Position numbers and translations under genes: made by a program
The notes under the pieces: generated by a model
What the model was told of the DNA's origin: nothing
Database searches by the model: none
What the model saw: only the letters and a program-made list of their open reading frames with translations
Shown here: in pieces, positions 25,395-38,400 of the stretch
Layout of the letters: every line of letters starts with the position of its first letter
How positions within the stretch are numbered: position 1 is the stretch's first letter
Assembly (NCBI GenBank): GCA_012295275.1
Contig: CM022676.1
Span: forward strand, 14,694,001 to 14,758,000
Source: Chrysomallon squamiferum
Taxonomy: Eukaryota; Animalia; Mollusca
Length of the DNA: 64,000 nt
Reading direction: 5' to 3'

Positions 25395-26076
25395 TACTAC
25401 TACTACTACCCCATTACAGCCCTTATTTAATAAGTTATTATTTATTGGCGGCTTTTGACATATGTTAGCTATTTTATGTTTAGATCGGTTATACCTGCGC
25501 TCCATAGTTGAGGTTAAACAGAAAGTAGTCGCGTATCCGAAATTATCGATCAGAAAGTTTTGAGGTAGGTAGCCATATTGAAATTACAGTGAATTTTATA
25601 TTGTTTCTACTTTAGAAACGTTGCATCGTCATCCTTTATTTTTCTTATTTTCTTACCTTTTGCTCACATAATTTTTCTATTTAGATGTTGACGGATAATT
25701 TTCTTCTCTTTCGAGGAGTAAAATGGTATAAATAACCATAAGGACATTGCAATTTGAAAACCGTTTGTCCCACACTGAAATAGTATTTACCTGAATGTGA
25801 CCAAACACGTCTGTTTATAATAATAATGATAATAATAATTAATGTTGTTGTCGTCGTCACCATCACAATAATCGCTAGAATAAGCATAAACTATTTATTT
25901 TTATCTTTTGTCGATTTGCTATATATTTATCTATCCGTTTTCTTTCTTCTTTTTTCTTTAATCTTATTATTTGTTTCCTCTAAGAACTGTTGCAGTTCTG
26001 TCTGTACAATTTCTCTTTTCCATTTCTATTATTATTATTATTATCATTATTATTATCGTTTGTTTGTAGTGAAAAC

Positions 26077-27588
26077 ATGGCCACATCAGCTGAAATCACA
26101 AGTTGGCAGATAGGGAAGAAATTAACTCAGTGTATTGAACACGTTTTTCATACGAAAGCTGACAGTGATATCAGATTTCTAGTGGGAGAAAATAAAACGA
26201 CAATTGATGCGCATCGGTTCATACTCATGATTCGAAGCGAAGTTTTCCATCAAATGTTCACTGGAGAACTTCGCGAACAGTCAATTATCAAAGTACCCGA
26301 TGTGCAGGCAGAAATCTTCTCGGAGTTTCTAAAGTATGTTAAAACAAACACACACACAAACACACACACACACACACATACACACAGACAGAGACACATA
26401 CACACACGTACGAACACATTGAGGAAGAGAGACATGCAGACAGACATAAATGTTGATAACAATACAGTTTTTGTTAGTAATCTAATTATTTTCTAATTCA
26501 TTGATCTCAGTTATCTCACATTTTAAAGTATTTGCCTACTTCTTTTACACAGATATCTTTACACGGATGACGTCGTCCTAACAGGCGACAACGTCACCGG
26601 TCTGCTGTATCTATCGAGGAAGTACATCATCACAACTCTTGAAGATGAATGCACACATTATTTGGAGTCGTCGTTGTCGTCACAGAATGCGTGCGTCGTG
26701 CTGGAACAAGCTCACCTGTTTGATGAACTTGATCTAAGGAGAACAAGTCTAGACTACATTTTTCAAAATGGCGACGAAGTTTTGAAGTCAGATGAAGTCA
26801 CCGATCTTTGTCACGAGTGTCTGGTTGAGATCGTACGATCAGACGAACTGACAGCAGACGAGATAAATGTTTTTGAAGCCTCTGTGAAGTGGGCTGACAG
26901 CGAGTGCAGGAAGCAAGGGAAGACGACGAATGAAAAAAACATGCGCGAAGCACTGGGAGAGGTCGTGAAGCACGTGCGTTATCCATTACTCGATCAGAAG
27001 TATTTTGTAAAAGACGTGACACCCACTCACATACTCACTGAGACAGAAGAACACAGAATTTTCAAACATTTCCTTTGTCCAGATGAAGATGTTTCACCTT
27101 TTAACTCAAACAAGAGAACTGTACACAAAACAGTAAACAGGTTTCGTACGTGTAGTTTCTGGTTGTCATGTTCTGGTGAAGTAGACGACGCCATTACTTT
27201 CTCTGTAAACAAAAACGCTTTACTTCGCGGATTTCAGTTGTACGGTCAGCGTGAACCACGAAACTACGACGTCAGCGCCTTCGTCACTGACACAAGAACT
27301 GACGAAATACTGGACGGGTCTACACTGACACAGAGATATGAACACGTGTCTGCCGTGTATGACGTCGTGTTCAGTCGTGCACTGAAGATTAGTAAAGACA
27401 CTGAGTACAGCTTGTTTGTTCATGTTAATGGAGAAAACACATTGTTTGGCGTTGAAGGTGAATCAGAAATTGTTGTTGACTCTTTTGGTTGTAGATTTTC
27501 TGAGTCACACAAATGTAAACACAGTGACAGAGAATTTCGTACAGGTGTGTATATGGGACAAATACCTGCTTTGTTATTTTTAGTATGA
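26077..27588 (+). CDS. Intact BTB/POZ-BACK-PHR protein (BTBD3/BTBD6-like, putative Cullin-3 substrate adaptor), copy 2, 430 aa; exons 26077-26333 and 26553-27588
   Basis: ATG 26077 lies 7 nt after an AG acceptor. The 257 nt exon, GTATGT..TTTTACACAG intron (26334-26552) and 1036 nt exon join to a 1293 nt open frame. It contains BTB (SDIRFLVG, AHRFILMIRSEVFHQMF, YLYTD), BACK (EINVFEASVKWA, VRYPLL) and PHR (NRF..W..SG..DAITFSV, LRGFQLYG, GQIPALLF) motifs. Confidence 0.92.
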
Positions 27589-28712
27589 AAAACAAGATCG
27601 TTCAAACACTGTCACTTTTAGTCATCACTGGGCTCATATTTTTATTTTTTTATTTTTTTATTTATTTGTTTATTTACTTATTTTTTTTTACATTTGTATT
27701 TTTGATGACGTCAGACAGCAGTGATGACGTCATACACACTTTATTTGAAACTTTCTAATCCACTGGCTTCTGTCAAACACACACGTGTATAATGTACATA
27801 AACAGCGCACTGCTTTATTTATTAATTAATTTATTTATTTAATATAGATTGTTTGATTATTTAATGTATTTTTTAAACTGTCATATAATAGATGAAATAT
27901 GTTACCTAAATATGTTAATTCTATATTCGAAAATAGTATTATATTTTTATTTGTTTTTCTTTGTTCATGGATGTCTTATTATTGATTATGCGTAAATATG
28001 TAGTATCTATTAGAGACCAAGTGGCGTTTTATTTTCGTTTAAATATCAATGTAAATTTTATATCGTTCACTATTCACTACACAGAAGTCAAAAAAACTTA
28101 ATTATTTTTGTAATTATTTTTTTTTTCGTCTTCCATCTCTAGATTAATTCCCATGAAATACAAAGTATCTATAAATGCCTGAATAAGATTAGTCTGGTAA
28201 GAAATATTATAAATTATGTGTTTAGATTTTGTCACAAATCAAATAAAATACTATTACTTTTTTTCGTTTTAAACTAATATGAAGATAAGTTATGTGTTTA
28301 CTGTTTGTTAGATATGAATTTAAGAACTGCTATTTCATTCATTTGTCTGTGTTCTTTTATTTAGATTTATGTAAAATAGATATGGTAGTAAATTATATTA
28401 TATACAATATTCATTAGACATAACATTAGAAGTTGTCAGTTTGTTTATACATAAAATCATAATGTACTTAATTTGTTAAAAATCTAAACACAAAATATAG
28501 AGGTATAGAAATAAATGTTTTAATTATATTTGTTTGCTTTATGTCATATTTTTCTCTTCTGAGTAGAAAGAATAAATGGTGTAAGAGAAATTCAAGTGAA
28601 AAGCTTTAAAATAAAACAAAAAAACAAAAAACAAAAAACACTGGTTGGATCGGGAGATAAGCAAACTCAGACATTAAATAGATTTTACAACTCTGTACAT
28701 CATTCCTCTGAA

Positions 28713-28784
<72 letters not shown>

Positions 28785-28911
28785 GCAGTTCTTTTATTAT
28801 TATCATCATCATCATCTTTGTTTATATATATATTTATTTGTTTATTTCTGTTTTCCGTATATTTTGTTCCATATTTTTAAAAGTTAGGTATGTTGTGCTG
28901 AATTCATATTT

Positions 28912-29460
28912 TTATTACACACTGACAAGTCAGTGGTTCAATCCTCTCAGTGTAATAAAGTTACTACACAAGGAAGTGTTGTATGCAACAAGTGAACTAA
29001 TGTTCTTATTACATACTGACAGGTCGGTGGTTCAATTCTTGTCAGTTTAATAAAGTTACTACACAAGGATGTGTTGTATGTAACAAGTGAAGTAATGTTC
29101 TTATTACATACTGACAGGTCAGTGGTTCAATCCTGTGATTGTGACTAAAGTTACTACACAAAGATGTGTTGATTGTAACAAGTGAACTAACGTTGTATTA
29201 CATACTGACAGGTCAGTGGTTCAATCCTGTGATTGTGACTAAAGTTACTACAAAAAGATGTGTTGATTGTAAAAAGTGAACTAACGTTGTATTACATACT
29301 GACAGGTCAGTGGTTCAATCCTGTGATTGTGACTAAAGTTACTACACAAAGATGTGTTGATTGTAAAAAGTGAACTAACGTTGTATTACATACTGACAGG
29401 TCAGTGGTTCAATCCTGTGAGTGTGATTAAAGTTACTACACAAAGATGTGTTGTACATAG
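28912..29460 (+). repeat. ~94 bp minisatellite, about 6 units, with internal hairpin
   Basis: Unit is approximately TTATTACAYACTGACAGGTCRGTGGTTCAATCCTGT...AAAGTTACTACACAARGATGTGTTG..GTAACAAGTGAACTAA, starting near 28912, 29006, 29101, 29195, 29288 and 29382. Confidence 0.92.
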
Positions 29461-31187
29461 CAAATAGTACTTATCATATAACAGTCATTGTAATGACACA
29501 TAAAAGGAACAAACAAATTTAGTTTATTTTTGTTTTCGACCACTTCATTTTTCTTTATTTCATTCAATATTCATTCATCCATGAAATCAGATACATCTAC
29601 ATGTAGCGTTAGAATTAAGAACATTATTTTTCTACTTTTAAAATTACGGTTTAAACTTGAATTAGGCTAAGAACTGTCGAAAGATGACATAAGGGTTAGT
29701 GGAATAGTCAGGTGCTTTCGGTAAATGCAGTTAATTCAGTGCAGGTATTAGTAGTGGGCTCAGATTACATTTAATCCTATGGTCAGATTTAAGGTTAGTG
29801 TTATGGTTTCATTCGGAATTATTGAAAATATTGATACCAGAATAATAGCTAATTCAGCGTAAGTCAGGATTAATGTTAGGTTTACGATCTGCTGTGACTT
29901 AGGACTTGTCTTTCAGGTGGTGATATATCTCTGGTCAAAGTCGTTTTCTCTGAGGAAATACTAAATAATATTAAATATTATACCTAAAGCTAAGCTCTGT
30001 GTTTTATTCACGTTACAATTCGTTTTGAAGTTCTGGTTATGATCAGATTTGAACTGAAACGTTACTTTGTTTTGTGCTTCTTTGATTTTTTTTTTTTTTT
30101 TTTAAACTGAGTATTAATAGTGTGAGCCTCACAGACTGATACGTTCAGTACGTACCATGATACACACTATACAGTTTTAGTATATTCACAAGGACACCAG
30201 TCAATCCATGGAAGCTTTCTCTTTCTATATGGAGGATATATCTGTAACGTGTTGTTGCAAAAACACCATATATTTTATGTGACTTATACACAGAATATAT
30301 TTGTTGTGTTCTTCTTAGAAGGACACAAGTCACTCTATGTACGCTTTACCTCTGTCATAGACATTCCAGTCAGATGTAATATATGTCTGTCTCTGGCAGG
30401 TTAATAGCGTAGTTCACTTGACTCTCGGGGTCTACGATAAGGATCCATGTATGAATTTATGGATGTATGTTTGTATTTATGTATGTATGTATGTATGGAT
30501 GGATGTATGTATGTTTGTATTCATTATAGCAGTATAGTGCTAGAATAATCTGTCTCAACAATCACAAAACGGTTATACAAGGAGAAGAGCACACACACAC
30601 ACACAGACACACACTCACACACACACACGCACACATACATAAGTAGTTACACAGGTCCAGCCTGAACACTTACTGAATGTTCTGTAGACAGCGACCGTTC
30701 CACTGGAATCGTTCCACAGTTTCCCTGAACAAATATTAAAAAAATAAAATTTAAAAGAAAACTTCGTTGTTTTATACAAAACGTTATCTGTCTTATTCAA
30801 AAATCCCTCGAGTTATCTGTCAAGCGGTTTGAACCTTGCCGCTAGATGTCTGCCGCCAGATCATTCTGCCAAACAAAAGCTCGTAAAACCAATTGCTCCG
30901 GAGGTGATAATTAGTGCAGCTTCAGACGGGAAGTAACGACTTTTAACAGAATAGGCAGACCGAATCACCAACCATATAAAAAGTTACATTTTACAGGAAG
31001 AAGATGTAAACATTCTTATGCCACTAGCTGCTACCCTAATATTTGTGTATATTCATACATAGGTAAACACTTGCGTATACTTACATGTACATACAAATGC
31101 AGTTTATCCATGATATCCGTGTTTAACGTTATAACAAACAAAAAGTTAAATATTTGTATTATTATTTCTATTTCTATTATTATTACA

Positions 31188-31232
<45 letters not shown>

Positions 31233-31945
31233 GTTGTTGTTGTTCTTGCTGTTGTTGTTACTGGTGCAGTATTGGTACAAAATACGTTTAGTAATATAAT
31301 TAAGAACCTCTAGCATTATTTGAAAAGGCTTGAGAGGAAATGAACACACACAAATAAAAAAGTACAATAGATTCATTTCTATGTGTGACAAAACGCGCAG
31401 CGATGTCTTCAGTATTGTAAATAGATGAAAACAAGAAAGTATACACACTGACAAATAAAAAAACCAATGAAAATGTTATAACAAATCTTTAATTGGCAAA
31501 TATAGCTGTAATTATTACATTGTTATATATATATATATATGTAATTAGTCTTGAAATACATGTCTACTACTGTTGCCATGAACACGTAATATATGTACAT
31601 CATCTACATTACATGTTTCGTCCATAAATATAACGTTAAAGAATCTGAAATGAGTTATTTAATACACTTTCGAAAAGAAATAAAATCAGCTTCTGGTTTG
31701 ATTTGAATCATTAAAAGAAGATTGCTTTGGTTACACAATCATCAGTCCTGTCATGAACAAAGAAAGTATCTGTAAAAGCAAGTCAGACTTCTCGTCAAGC
31801 TCAAGTTTACTTTTATTGTAATTTTGGTGACACTGCTCGCACCTCGCCTTTGAGAGACAAAGCGGCTTCACGACTTGGCTGATTATTCCAATTTCTGCCG
31901 TTTTATTTATGTACATGTTTTTTTTAGATATCCACTGCTTATGAC

Positions 31946-32067
<122 letters not shown>

Positions 32068-34589
32068 ATATAGTATATTTAGTATATTTCTTTATTTCTT
32101 CCAAATAATTAAGTACCTCGATATCGTGGGAACCGGAACGCAAATAAACTTCAGAATTCTAAAGTAAGAAACAATGAAAGAAAGGAAAATTGTGGATTAA
32201 CATTACTCAGTCATGTTAAAGATATTGTTAAAGAGATATTTCATTGCAAATAAGAAAATTTAAGGTGTAAAATGAATTGTAATATATGTTAACTAGATAA
32301 ACAAGACACATTAAAACTGTCAATACATGTTTTGTAGATGTCATAATGAACTCTTTTCAGTTGTTATTATTATGATTTATTTATTTATTACATATTGATT
32401 CATCTAATTATTCTTATTAATTTTGTTTTATTTTTATTTTACTTTCAATATACTGATAAGAATAAAGAAATATTCTAACCTCAATAATGTGCTGTATTGC
32501 ATTTGACATCCATTTATTATCTGTATTTTAATTTATTATAGTATTTATATTTTGAAGGTCAGTGACAAGATAGTTGAGGGTCAAGTATAACAGTGGACAT
32601 GAGGCAGGCTCTGTCATCTTCCTCACTGCACACAGCTCTTGAACACACAAGGAAATAACAGCAGGTGTCCAACCAGTAGTTTTCTTCATAACGCTGCTTT
32701 CAGTTGCTGTTTGGGAAATCCTAATTTACAGTTCTGAATCATCTGAAATATCACTTTTATGTGTGCAGTGTTGTTGCATTTTTAGAGGTGGGTTTGTTCT
32801 TATTTTTCCTGGTTCTGATGTGTAAAGTGTGTAGTTGTCTGTATAATTGGGTGTTGAATATTTATACTTGTAAGGCTTTACCACTTACTGTAACACACAC
32901 ACACACACTAACACTGATTACATACATACATAAATACACACAGAAAACACACATATATATAAATATGCACACACAAATATGTATATATATCTTAACTGTA
33001 TACACATATATAAATACAAAGACACCTCACACATGGATCCCATTTGCATTCAGAGAAATAATACACACAAGTGTGAAAATTGTACACAAGCTAATAAAAT
33101 ATGAATAATTAATCTTGATTATTAATATAATAAAATATTGTCACTATTAAAGCTATGTTTTTAATGTTTCACAAGAAGAAAACATGATTTTATATTTTAT
33201 TAATTGATAGATCAAATTTACATCATTTCGAAAACAGTAACAAAGGTTTTTATATTTGTTAATTTATGGATGAAAATTACATTATTTGGAAAATCGGTAA
33301 GAAAGGTTTTTAACTCACGTTGAAACAAGAAGAATTTGAGTTTCGATGTCATTTCTTTTTCTTTCTTTTATGTTCTATTAAAAATGTATTAATGTACATG
33401 AATATATAAATAAAAATCTTCCTCACCTTCTAAGTTAATACAGCTTCCTAAAAAATGTATGATGAAAAGTCAAATAAAAAATAAATAATTTGAAATACTT
33501 ATTTCAACAAGAAAGCAATATTTAACACAAAAAAATACCACAATTTTGGATTTATCAATTAAAATATATTAATAAAATATTCAACACCAAATGAAAACAA
33601 AATATCAACACATTTGTTTTACAAAAATTAAAAAATTAAATATATAACTTGACAGATAATGTAACCTGCAAATTAATCATTGAGAATATCTTAATTTTCT
33701 GATTTAATTTCGAAACAACAAATACATGGCATATACAGGATTATACAACTGATTCCATTGTATGTTTTAACAAACTTGCATAGGGTAAATATTATGCAGA
33801 AGTCTTCGTTTTCTGTTATTTTATGTTTTGGTTATATGAATAAGTACATTATTTAAAAAAAAAAAAAAAAAGTATCTCCCTTGAACTAAAAACGTTTTTG
33901 GTATAAAATGTGTACTTTTTCCAGTCAGTAACCAAGGTTTTCTAACATTAAATCATTTTTAAAAAATAATTTGTTTTCTTCAGACTTAACTCTACTTGGT
34001 GCTGTGTCTGGTACAAACATTCTGTATACCGCTTATATCTGAATATATCTTTCATGAACAACATTGTAACTTTGAATTTAAATTCGGTATCACAATATCA
34101 TATATTCTTCAAAAAGAACAGTCCATGATTCACACAAATAATGTTTTTAAATGTTATTTTGGTGTGGAACTTTCTAAACACTCTCAGTTTTCTCCAGTTA
34201 TTCAGTTCTTCATATTTACTGTGAAGATATTTTATCTTCTGTTTACTTAGTTCAACAAAGTCAGAAAACTTGAAGAATTGGAGGCAAACGTGTCAAACGT
34301 CATTTAGATTCAGAGGACATCAATTATTATAAATAGCTTTCTGTGGTGTCTGAAATATAAAATATCACATTCATATATTATTTTTAACAAGGCCCACTAC
34401 AATTTTATATTTTAGCATTTGAATCTGAAGTAATATTTTCAACCAGTAGTAAGTACAGTTAATTTAACTGAAATAAAATAAAGTTTAATTGTGTATTTAT
34501 TTAAATAGTTCTTGTCGTACCTCTATTTCTGACCGTCTGGGGAAATGTATGTTTAGTACAAGATTGAATAAATTAACTCAGAACCTTAA

Positions 34590-34620
<31 letters not shown>

Positions 34621-35667
34621 ACAGTAACATCTATTTGTTGTTTTAAACTTAGTAAATAAATGAATATCTTTTATAGAAATTGATAACAAAAAAGATCAAT
34701 AATTTTTATCTCTTACTTCTTAAAAATGCATTTACTAAAGTTCAGTCCTTTTCTCCCAGTTGCTATATCAGTGTCATGGTTTGTATTTTGTTTGCATCCA
34801 CAGGTATCATTATTTAAAACAGAAAATTGTATATAATGATACTAATATTAAAAATATCTTATATGACTATTAAATGATTTATATTTTACTGTTTATAAAA
34901 TCTAGTTGTAAACATAATTACCTGTCCATTATTCTCAGCATCTGATTACAAAACACCTGAACTCATCTGAGTGTCTGAGTTTGTATACATTTATTCTAAC
35001 ACCAAGAACTGGAGAAGTGATTGTTCTTCACTGAATTGTACTACAAGCCTGGTCAAGTGGTCATCCTTGGCCTGACATAACATTTGTTCTAATAAACAAA
35101 ACATCATTGATAAACCTAATAAATAAAATTATTTTACTAAAACATATAGCATTAATCACTGGAAATTATTTTAAATTACCTAAAGTATTAAAATTTCAAA
35201 TTATTTAGTTAGAATAAATACATTTTGCACAATTTAAATATCACATTTTATATCATTATTAAGATATCTTGAAAATGATCTTTTTGTCTATTATTTTGTA
35301 AAAAATACAGAAATTTATAATTTTTAATGTTATAATCAGCAACAAAAATGACAAGCTGCATGTTTTCTTTCTTTTTTTCTTTCTTTTTTAACATTATAAT
35401 TAACAATACTGTTTACCATAAATAAAGAAAATAATATTTTCGATGAAAAGAAAGGCAATTTAAATTATTTATTTTTTAGCTGCATTTCCTATTTATTTTC
35501 TATCTTTATTTGAATTTATTTATATTTATTTTATTTTATTTCATTTTATATTATTTTATTTTATTTCTAGTCAAACTGGTTATCAAGTGCTTTATTTCAG
35601 AGTTGTAAATCGCTGGAATAAAGTGAGAGGAAAAACTCTAAACTATGAATTAAACTGACTGCTGTGT

Positions 35668-35877
35668 TTTCAGTGTGATTATCAAACACTTCTCACTAGT
35701 CAATGTGTAAGTCAGTGTATGAAGTGTGGGTAGGCACAAAATGAAATCATATTAGTGCTTACACCAGACTGTTCTCAGTATGATTATCAAACACTTCTCA
35801 CAAGTCAATGTGTAAGTCAGTGTATGAAGTGTGGGTAGGCACAGAATCAAATCACATTAGTGCTCCATCAGACTGTT
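35668..35877. repeat. 105 bp tandem duplication
   Basis: GATTATCAAACACTTCTCAC.AGTCAATGTGTAAGTCAGTGTATGAAGTGTGGGTAGGCACA starts at 35677 and 35782. Confidence 0.9.
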
Positions 35878-36199
35878 TCTGGCTCCATTATAAAAGATAC
35901 TGAAATGTGTCTTCCTGACCATGTGTGCACACGTAATTAAGCATTTCAGACAGAAAATCCTTGAATCTAGAAAATAAAAGATTTAGATAATTTGCAGACA
36001 TTTCAGGTCTAAATTATATTTCCTAAGTAATTCTAAGTCAGTATTTATTAATTATAATAATATTTATGTTTGTAGAGAGGAAGGAATGTGATGATATTTC
36101 TCTAGATAAGATGAATGCAAACTGTCGTACGTCACTAACAGAGATGAAGTAAGAACCTTTAAATGTCACCCACAAAATAAATAATAGAAAATATAAAGT

Positions 36200-38400
36200 A
36201 ATGTTTAAGACATTTTCTATGCCACCTAAAGATCGCTCCAACACCGTGAAATCCATGGCTACAATCTCAAGGCGTCTCCTAGCAATAACATGTCCCAACG
36301 ATAGTTTCAGTTTGAGTTGTGGCAGTTTTGCTTAATCATTCCTGGTATTACAGTCTGCTTAACACTTCCAAAGTTGGGGTCCTTTACTTTTCTGTAAAGT
36401 ACAGTGTTTTCAAGGAATAATCTGTGCCTTTGTCGGATTAGTGTCAACAAACCGACTTTTCTAATCTTTTTTCAGCTCTCTATGGTAGCCATACAGTGCA
36501 GCAATTTCCGTATTAAGCTGGCTTTTTTTCTGCATTACTGCTAGTTCTTCTAAAGCTGGGAAATGATTTTGTGGCTTCATTAGTGTCATTAAGTTGTTCC
36601 ACTGTGACAGTTTATTATTTATCTTTTCTTTCACCACTTTTTATAACTTGTCTCATTGTTTGTGGAACTCCTGTACTGCTAGCATTATCTTTCAAAGCAG
36701 CTTCCACTGAAGTAGATGTCATTCTATGAAACGTCTTCCTGGATCTGCATTCTTATTGTGTGGCGCTGAATGATATTTCACATCAAAATGAAATGCTGGC
36801 AGTTGAGACCCCCATCTCTGTTCCACTGCACCTAATTTTCTGGTACTAAGATTATTTAGTGGATTGTTGTCGGTGTATATATTGTTAATTCATGTTTGAG
36901 AAGATAATCTTTAAACGTTTCAGTCACAGCTCATTTCAGAGCAAGAAGCTCCATGGAACTGTAATTATTCATGTGTCTCTCAATGGGTCTCAACCTCTGC
37001 CGATTCTGCTCCTGTGACACTACTGCTCCCACATATTGAAAACGTGTTTCCTCAATGAAATCAGCGTACCCTGGTGCTGGAGCTGAAGTTAACTTTTCCT
37101 TTAAAGTATCGAAAGCTCTTTGACAACTCTCATCCCAAGCACCCTTTAACAATGTTTGATTTTTCTTCTATTGGAATCTGTTTACCACTGTATGCAAAGG
37201 TCCAGCAGTATGTAAGAATCCTTTAAAATATCATCTGTAGTAACTGGCAAATTGCAAACATTGCATCAGGTCCTTTGGTGTCTTTGGAACTTCCCATTCA
37301 AGGACACGCTTTATTTTATCTGGATGCGAAGCTACTCGATCTCTAGATATCACATGTCCAGGATATTTCAGTTCTTTCTTGAGGAAACACCGTTTGATTG
37401 GTTGTAGTTTGAGCCCACAGTTTTAAATTTTAAATACCTCTTCTAGTTCTTGTATGTATACATAAAAAAAAAAGAATAAATAAAATAAAATAAAATATCA
37501 TCAAAGAGAAGTAACATTTCAAAGATCTGGTCACTGAAGCAAAGCTGCATGAATCTTTGACATGTTCCTGGTGCTTGTGATAACCAAAAGTCATTCGATT
37601 CTACTCAAACAAACCCACTGGAGTGATGAAATCAGTTTTGTCTTTGTCTTTATCATCAGCTGCAACCTGGGATCCATATCCAGTGTAGTGGATCATTTTG
37701 CTGTGTGCAAGACCTCTAATGACTTATCGTTTCTACGTAGTGGGAAGCAGTCTTTCCTAGTTTTAGCATTCAGCCGGCTGTAGTCCACACATAGTTTAAT
37801 TGCATTGTGTTTTTCTCACTATAACAGTAGGAGATGAATATGGGCTATGGCTGGGTCAAATTATATATTGCTTTATGAGTTTCTTGATGTGCTCGTTCAC
37901 TTCCTCATACTGACTGTGTGGTTGTCACACTGGTATGTTCTCAGTTGTGTGTATGTGATGCTTTATTGTGTCAGTAAAATCCCAACTCAAGGTCATCTTT
38001 TGCACAAACATCAGAGTATTTGTTAGGTATTCTCTCTGACGTTTTCTTCTGCTTCTCAGAATAATCATAGTTTGAGATGTCAACTCTATCACTGCAACCC
38101 GTCGATTCCTGTCTACAAACTGTAACATGCTCTAAGTAAACCTCTTCTCCTTTCTCTGCCTTTCTAAATTTTACCTCCATGTTGTTTGTTGACTGGGGCA
38201 CTTCTACCTCTACCACTGATGACAAAACACCCACTCTAGTTCTTGGTTTCAGCCAAGTAGCTGTAGACAGCACAAACCTAAAATGCTTGATAACCAAGTT
38301 GACTAACAGGTTAAACAGCAGTTAGATTAATTCATAGTTTACAGTTTTGTTTTTGTCTCAGTCCACTGTGCAATGACAGGCTTACCTGGCCTCTGAGACT
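36200..38400 (-). mobile_element. Degenerate Ty3/Gypsy LTR retrotransposon pol (RT - RNase H - integrase start)
   Basis: Minus-strand fragments in Gypsy order: DTIKHHIHTTENIPV; PSHSPYSSP; LCVDYSRLNAKTRKDCFPL; DKTDFITPVGLFE*NRM; WDESCQRAFDTLKEKLTSAP..GYADF; GAVVSQEQ; NYSSM.ELLALK*AVTETFKDYL; LEIVAMDFTVLERSLGGIENVL. Many stops and frameshifts; no LTRs recognised. Confidence 0.9.

Larger units (their letters stand above)
16804..29935 (+). repeat. Segmental duplication unit A (~13 kb) containing BTB gene copy 2
   Basis: Collinear with 43142-55506, from CTGGTTACTATATTTAT.TTCACATAAT to TTTCAGGT..TGATATATC.CTGG. Near-identical spurious ORFs pair up (17356/43693, 21758/47261, 23209/48774, 25681/51218). 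Confidence 0.93.

Noticed and set aside
26334-26496. Exon-1 ORFs running into the intron to give His-Thr tails (also 2656-2806 and 51901-51997)
   Set aside because: Explained by a stop-free (CA)n-rich intron. Stop positions differ among copies, and the spliced form restores the conserved FLxYLYTD motif.
26798-27605. Antisense ORFs conserved between BTB copies (also 3564-4021 and 52418-53203)
   Set aside because: Shadows of the + strand coding sequence; their conservation follows from the duplication.
28912-29460. CRISPR-like look of the palindromic ~94 bp array
   Set aside because: The whole unit repeats with no unique spacers; the context is eukaryotic and no cas genes are present.
36200-38400. 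Diversity-generating retroelement: a reverse transcriptase near variable genes
   Set aside because: The RT is a heavily decayed Gypsy pol, no template repeat is present, and the variation is not adenine-specific.
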